From assembly GCA_001600815.1 (NCBI GenBank), contig BCKZ01000006.1:434001-498000 (forward strand): a stretch of DNA of 64,000 nucleotides, in the 5' to 3' direction. Each line of letters starts with the position of its first letter. Position 1 is the first letter of the stretch. This stretch comes from Alloascoidea hylecoeti. Taxonomy: Eukaryota. The notes below the pieces were generated by a model. The model searched no databases and was not told the origin of the DNA. It saw nothing but the letters and a program-made list of their open reading frames with translations. A program made the position numbers and the translations under genes. Positions 58,002-64,000 of the stretch are shown piece by piece.

Positions 58002-58285
58002 TTAAACAATAGTCTGTATAGTATTAGTTAAAATACTTTTAAATTCATTTCTAATTTCATTGTCAATTATCTCCAGTAAATATTCAACATTTTTTAACTC
58101 ACAAACAAGACCAGTTTTTAAAGAAACAATTCCTTTTTGTTTATTACCCTTATTCCATATTGAATTGATGGAATTAGATTCAATAATTGCTTCATCTCCT
58201 TGTAATCTTGGTATATGAATCACATATTTTGATGCGTTTCTACTACGTAGAATAAGTTCAAGAATAATATTCCGTCGTTCAGGGA

Positions 58286-58318
<33 letters not shown>

Positions 58319-61283
58319 TAAGGGTCGAATTCACAAAGATTGAATATATGAGTTTAAATTGAGTTGAATCAGAACACAAAAAAGCAACTGATAATTTATC
58401 ATTCATATTTTGATTGTCATTTTCATTTTCATTTTCAATTAAATTATCATCATCTTGTAAAGCAACCAAATTTTTTGAATATATTTTTCTAATTGAATTA
58501 ACTAATGGCATTGTTAATTTTAAATTTTTAATTAAACCATTTAAACCAGAAGTTTCCAATGTTTTCTGTAACATCGGTAATAATAATACATGTGGATTTC
58601 TATTATTAATTTTTAAAATATCTTTATCATCTTTTCCTTTTTCTTTATCTTTTGATATATCAATTGTTAATAATTCATTTTCATATTTAAAAGTGATTTT
58701 ATTTAATGATGCTTCAATTAAATTTAAATTCATTGAATTAATTGATTTAATTAATATGATTAATTTTTGTATTGAAAATAATTTTTGTTTTAATTGATCA
58801 AATAAATTAATTGAATTTTTAAAAGATTGAAGATTATTATTATTAAAATTTAATTTTAATTTAAAACAATCTTTTATATCATTATGTTTAATTGAATTGT
58901 TATTTTCATTTAAACTTGAACTTGAAATAAATTCAACTTCATTATTTGTTGTTAAAAACCGACTTAAATCTATATTTAAAGTTCTTCCAAATACTATTAT
59001 TTCTGATGATGGCCATGAACTTGAATTTTCAAATTTGAATATAAAATATAAGGAAGAATGAGCCCATTCATTTGGCATTATTGATTGCATATCCATTACC
59101 AAAACAGATTCATTATTTTTCACTTCAAATGGTAATTTGTGTTGAAGTGAAGATGTTGAAGAATTAGAAGCATTAATATTTGTTAATAAATTTTGTGAAG
59201 AAAAAGCAGTATGTAATAATTTATAGCCAATATCATTTCCTTTTAATTCATCAATTATTAAATGAACCATTACACGACTTGCAACATAACCAATTAATTT
59301 TTCAAATATTGAATAATTTATAATTTCATCTTCTTCTTCTAGTATAATTTCATCAATCCATTTAATAATCCATGTTGAACCATCTAAATTAAAATTTCCA
59401 ATCCACCAATAAATTTTTGAATCAATACTTGAAATTTTTGAAATTAAAAACCAACCTAATGGCCAATTTGATCTTCTGAAATAAAGTAATGTTTTCGGTA
59501 TTGAATCTATTGTTTTTGAATATTCTTTTAAATTTAAATTACTACTACTTGGTAATATCGAACTAGTACCAAGATTATTATTATTTGTTGTTGTTGATGA
59601 TGATAAAGGAGGAATAATACTAAATAAATTTGAAAAATTTTTCTTTATATCATTTGATTTAATATTTAAATTTGAATTTATAATCCAACCAGTTGCATTA
59701 GCCATTTTAATAATTTCATTTTTAATTGTATTTAATCTTAATTTTAATAATAATTGACCAGAGAATGATAAATCAGATAAATCATTTAATTGTTTTTCAA
59801 TTAAAATCATAAATTTATCATAAGAATTATTTAAAAAAATTAATTTTCCTGAATATTTTTCAATTGTTAATATTATTTTTTTATGATTTGTTAAATTTAT
59901 ATAAATTTCATTTTCTCGATCAGTTGAAAAATGTGCAAACATTTTCCCATTTATATTATTTTTTTGGTTATTATTATTATTATTATTATTATCTGATTGA
60001 ATTTCTGAAAATAATGAATTATAAACATTATGTAATAGATCAGAAGAATGTAAAAAAGTTATTGTTTCTAATAACCATTTAACATCTAAATTTCCATTAT
60101 TAATTATTATGCCATGATCTTTATTATTAACCAAAACATTATCTTTAAACCATCTAAAACCTAAAGTATTATTTTTAGTTACACCAATTTCAATAATATT
60201 TTTTGAGTTTGTTCTTTCAATCCAATATCTTAATATAATAATACTTCTTTCTGGATAATAAGTATGTTTTATACAACCAGACCATAGACCAACACGTAGT
60301 TTTAATAAACGTTTATGAATTGTATATAATTTATAAGATATTGTAAATTTATTTAAAATCTCATATAAACCAGGTAAACCTTTTTGAGATAAAACTTCAT
60401 TACATGTTATTTCTAATCTTTTTTTATTTGAATCTGGTAAATTTGTCGAACCATCTATTAAAAATCTAAATTGTATTAAAAAAAATGGAGAATTTATATT
60501 ATTATCAGCAATACCTAAATCAGCTTCAAATTGTGAATCAACATGTAAAGTTACTCTACCATTTGATATTTTATAATTATAAAATTGTTTAGGTAATTCA
60601 TTTGAATCTAAAAGAGATAATTTTAAAGATAATAATATATTTAAATCTTGTTGAGTTTTCATTATAATTTGTGGACTAAGAGGTTTTAAATCAATAAAAC
60701 CATGTGTTGGTAAACTTGGTCTACCTTTTTTCAATACTTCAATAGCAGTATTTATATCCGGATTTGGTAATTTTGCACCAAGTAAAGAATTATTCATTGA
60801 TTTAAGTCCCCATATTAAATTTTGAAAACAATTTTGTTGACCTCGTAACCATCCTAAAATATCAATAATTTGAGATATTTCAATACTATTAAACGCCCAT
60901 TTTGATAAAACATATAATTTTATGAATTCTTTTCTTGAAAGAACTAAAAATTCAATAAATTTTCTTTTTTTAATTTGGTCTGAATTTGAATGTGAAGAAT
61001 CAAACGTTTTCAATAAAGTTATTAAATCTTTATATGTTTTATTTATTAAATTTGAAACGATTTGTGAAAATGGAATTAGATTTGTTACTATATGAGGGAT
61101 TGAAGGTTGTTTCGATATGCTACTTTCCGGAGTAGCAACTTGAATCTCGTTGGGAAGCGATGAGGGAAGAGACGAAGACCCATTTGACGAACCGTTCGAA
61201 AAAACGTTTGAGAACCCATTTCCAGGCGAAGAATGAGAGTGTAAGTCCTGATGGGCAGCAGAAAAGTCCACAGAGGTCATCAT
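58002..61283 (-). CDS. RGR1: Mediator subunit Med14
   Basis: 'IPHIVTNLIPFS', 'RKEFIKLYVLSKWA', 'AKLPNPDINTAIEVL', 'YKISNGRVT..V..QFEADL'; first ATG at 61283. Confidence 0.9.
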
Positions 61284-61449
61284 TAATAATCCAAACTGAT
61301 GGTGAAGCAAAAAGATGGTTTTGTGTTAAAAAAACACCAAATCTGTGGTGTCTGGGTGTTTTGGCCATAAATCAATTTTTTCCCTCCTTTTTTTTTCTGC
61401 TGATTTTCCCCTCCTCAAATAAATAAAGAAACAACAATAAAATACAACA

Positions 61450-62463
61450 ATGTCAGAGTCTTCACACAATCAGGATCAATCAGACGAGACTGTTTCGTCC
61501 ACGCTACGAGCTCTCGTTTCCACCAAGGAAGCTGGGGTGATCATTGGAAAAGCAGGGAAGAACGTTGCTGAGATCCGGGAACAAACAGGTGTTAGAGCCG
61601 GTGTTTCCAAGCCAGTCCCCAATTGTCATGATAGAGTACTTACAATCACTGGGTCAATTGAAGGAATATCGCGTGCTTTTGCCCTATGTGCGTTGGCATT
61701 GGTGGAATCGCCACCGACGAATCTCCCTAGAACACTTTCACCTCCTCCTCCACAAGGGGCAATTACTATCAGGTTACTTGTACCTCATACGCAAATGGGC
61801 AGTATAATAGGGCGTCAAGGAGCAAAGATAAAACATATCCAAGAATCATGCAATGTTCGAATGGTTGCTTCAAAAGATTTTTTACATCAAAGTACCGAAA
61901 GAGTTGTAGAAGTTCAAGGAGAACCCGGTGGCATTTTTGAAGCCATTGGAGAAATTGTCAAATGTTTATTGGAAGATCCCCATCAATCCTCGGGTACAAT
62001 CTTATACACTCCACATGCACATTCATATACATCATCATCGTCAAACTCCCATCATCACTCATATTCAAGAAGCAATGGTAATATCAGTCTCCCAAGTCCC
62101 TTAAATGAATCCAGCAGTCCTAATGGAGGTAACGCTGGTGGTAGTGATGAACAACTAGAAGAGCATATATCATTCCCAGGAGATATGGTTGGATGTCTAA
62201 TTGGTAAGAGAGGAAGTAAGATACAAGAAATCCGACGGGTCTCAGGAGCCAGGATTTCTATTGCACAGGAGAATGACCAAGAATCTGGAGAAAGAAGCTT
62301 CACAATTACAGGAAGTGCGGCAGCCACGGAACGAGCATTAAAGTTGCTGTATGATCAATTGGAAGAAGAAAAGATTAAACGAACTCAGCAGCAACATTCA
62401 GACGAAGAACACGGGGATAGTCTCGAGCCTCTTGTCGGGAGTGTTGATCAATTGAAGATTTGA
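61450..62463 (+). CDS. HEK2: Triple-KH RNA-binding protein (Hek2/Khd1, hnRNP K-like)
   Basis: Three KH GxxG motifs (IIGKAG, IIGRQG, LIGKRG); 'VASKDFL..STERVVEVQG'. Confidence 0.85.
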   Translation: MSESSHNQDQSDETVSSTLRALVSTKEAGVIIGKAGKNVAEIREQTGVRAGVSKPVPNCHDRVLTITGSIEGISRAFALCALALVESPPTNLPRTLSPPPPQGAITIRLLVPHTQMGSIIGRQGAKIKHIQESCNVRMVASKDFLHQSTERVVEVQGEPGGIFEAIGEIVKCLLEDPHQSSGTILYTPHAHSYTSSSSNSHHHSYSRSNGNISLPSPLNESSSPNGGNAGGSDEQLEEHISFPGDMVGCLIGKRGSKIQEIRRVSGARISIAQENDQESGERSFTITGSAAATERALKLLYDQLEEEKIKRTQQQHSDEEHGDSLEPLVGSVDQLKI

Positions 62464-62649
62464 TGATAAATCAATAAGACAAGTACTGTTTTGATTGTAT
62501 ATTTTTTATTTATTTCCACTTTTAATTTTTGTTTACTATGAATTAATTTATTTAGTATGATTAATATTAGTTGCACCCGTACACCCGTCCCTGTTTAAGT
62601 TTAAATTTGAAGTTGACTTATGTAGATAGATTTTCTTAATTAAAAAGCG

Positions 62650-63979
62650 ATGGGTTCAGCCACAGAAATGGATCTGGACGAAACCACTCCAACCCCGGAG
62701 ACGAACTCGGAAATGAACTCAGAGACGGATTCTCTGCTGAGGGAAATGAACGAAAGGGCCCAAAGTATGTTGAAATTTTATTTTTGTGTACTCACTGGCC
62801 AAAACTCTAATAGAATAAGAAATTGCGCTGTCTCTGCCGGACGACGCTACTGCCCGTTTAAACTCGATGTGTCTTCATCAGCCAAATAATCGTTTTTCGC
62901 AGGCTCACAGAAACAGATTCGCACAGATGGACTCCATCGCTTCTCATTATTCGGTAAGGTTCCGTCCCAGGCCTCCGAACAGATCCTTCAGATCCAACAA
63001 ACCCAGTAATGACGTGACAATGACCGACTCCTTCACAATCACTCCAGACGGTAAAAGGGCCATCAACCTTCATAATAGACCAGCAAGTCCTTCAAAGAGA
63101 AGAAGAATCAAAAGTATTATTCACGAAGATGTTTCAAGCGGTAAATACGATATTTTTGGTAATCGTGTATCACCTTCATCTTCTTCGTCTTCTTCTTCTT
63201 CTTCAACGAAACCCCCTCCAAACGTTCCTGTAACAAAGCCTTCTCTTATACCCCTTCCAAAGAATACATCTTCTACCATCGAACAAGATGATAAAAATAT
63301 TGATTCTGTGATTGAAAGATTAGCTTCTCTTCCTTGTGCCCCTAAAACTATCATTAAAGACTCGTCCATTCAAAAACCTTCACGCGCATTAAGTTTTAAA
63401 AAATTACAATCTTTACCAAGCACCCCTAAATTAATTAAAGAACCTTCCAGATTGCCAACTTTGACAAAACAAAAATCTATGGAATTACCTTTGACTACAA
63501 GGCCTTTAAATTCGAGTTCCCGTTCAACTTCACCCACAAGATCCAAGTCAACTACTATGAATATTTTCCCCACAACAACGCATAATCCCTTTCAAATTCC
63601 AATTACTCCAAAATCAAAAACAAATTCCGGGATCCCGAGAGTATTACATTCAGCAACTCCACGGTTACCTTCTGAATTTCAGAGATCTCGTTTTTTACAT
63701 CCAGATTCTTCTTTATCTTTACAAAATAATAATCCATCTTCCCCAATAAGACCAATCTCTTCAAATGCTATGACTAAAATACCAACAAGAAGTCCTAAAA
63801 AGCCACAATCATCATTATCATCATTATCATCATTATCATCATCAAAATCTTTACATACGCATACAAAATCAAATTCTATATCGAAATCTTCAAAGCCGAA
63901 ATCTTTTTCTTCCTCTTTGTTTGCATCTGGTAATACTACACCAAAGAAAACTTCATCATTTAATAAATTATGGAAATGA
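62650..63979 (+). CDS. Basic Ser/Pro/Thr-rich protein with a NuSAP-like motif, 2 exons
   Basis: Exons 62650-62764 and 62820-63979 (GTATGT donor, CTAAT branch, AAG acceptor) join the two ORF-track fragments in frame; motif 'RFSQAHRNRFAQMDSIASHY'. Confidence 0.7.
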
Positions 63980-64000
63980 TTATCTTTTTTTGTTGATTAA

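Noticed and set aside
1..64000. tRNA, rRNA, CRISPR arrays, LTR retrotransposons, prokaryotic systems
   Set aside because: None seen by eye: no cloverleaf A/B-box pairs, no spaced direct-repeat arrays, no gag/pol motifs; the sequence is eukaryotic.

Overview
Eukaryotic (budding-yeast, Saccharomycotina-type) chromosomal DNA using the standard code: CTG falls at conserved Leu positions in the kinase. The window holds about 21 protein-coding genes: a ZRG8-like partial ORF, NCS6, NIP1, BLM10, an HMG-box transcription factor, an IOC3/RSF1-like gene, KIN1/2, RBK1, a DUF2841 gene, ERG25, TUL1, RPS8, PRS3, AMMECR1, a four-exon EGO1/LAMTOR1-like gene missed by the ORF track, RSC4, NAM7/UPF1, SLG1/WSC1, CDC24, RGR1/MED14, HEK2 and a NuSAP-motif protein. 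I reconstructed 16 introns by hand; most are short, with degenerate branch points and several AAG acceptors. The most unusual part is an ~8.6 kb gene-free, AT-rich interval (16563-25171) upstream of the HMG-box gene. It contains two heavily decayed Tc1/mariner-type transposase fossils in opposite orientations, and the first still has recognisable terminal inverted repeats. Other notable signals are an ancestral-type ribosomal-protein promoter (Homol-D, Tbf1, Cbf1), Upc2-type sites upstream of ERG25, GC-rich 5' ends at divergent promoters, and an extremely AT-rich MED14. All family assignments come from motif recognition, not database searches.
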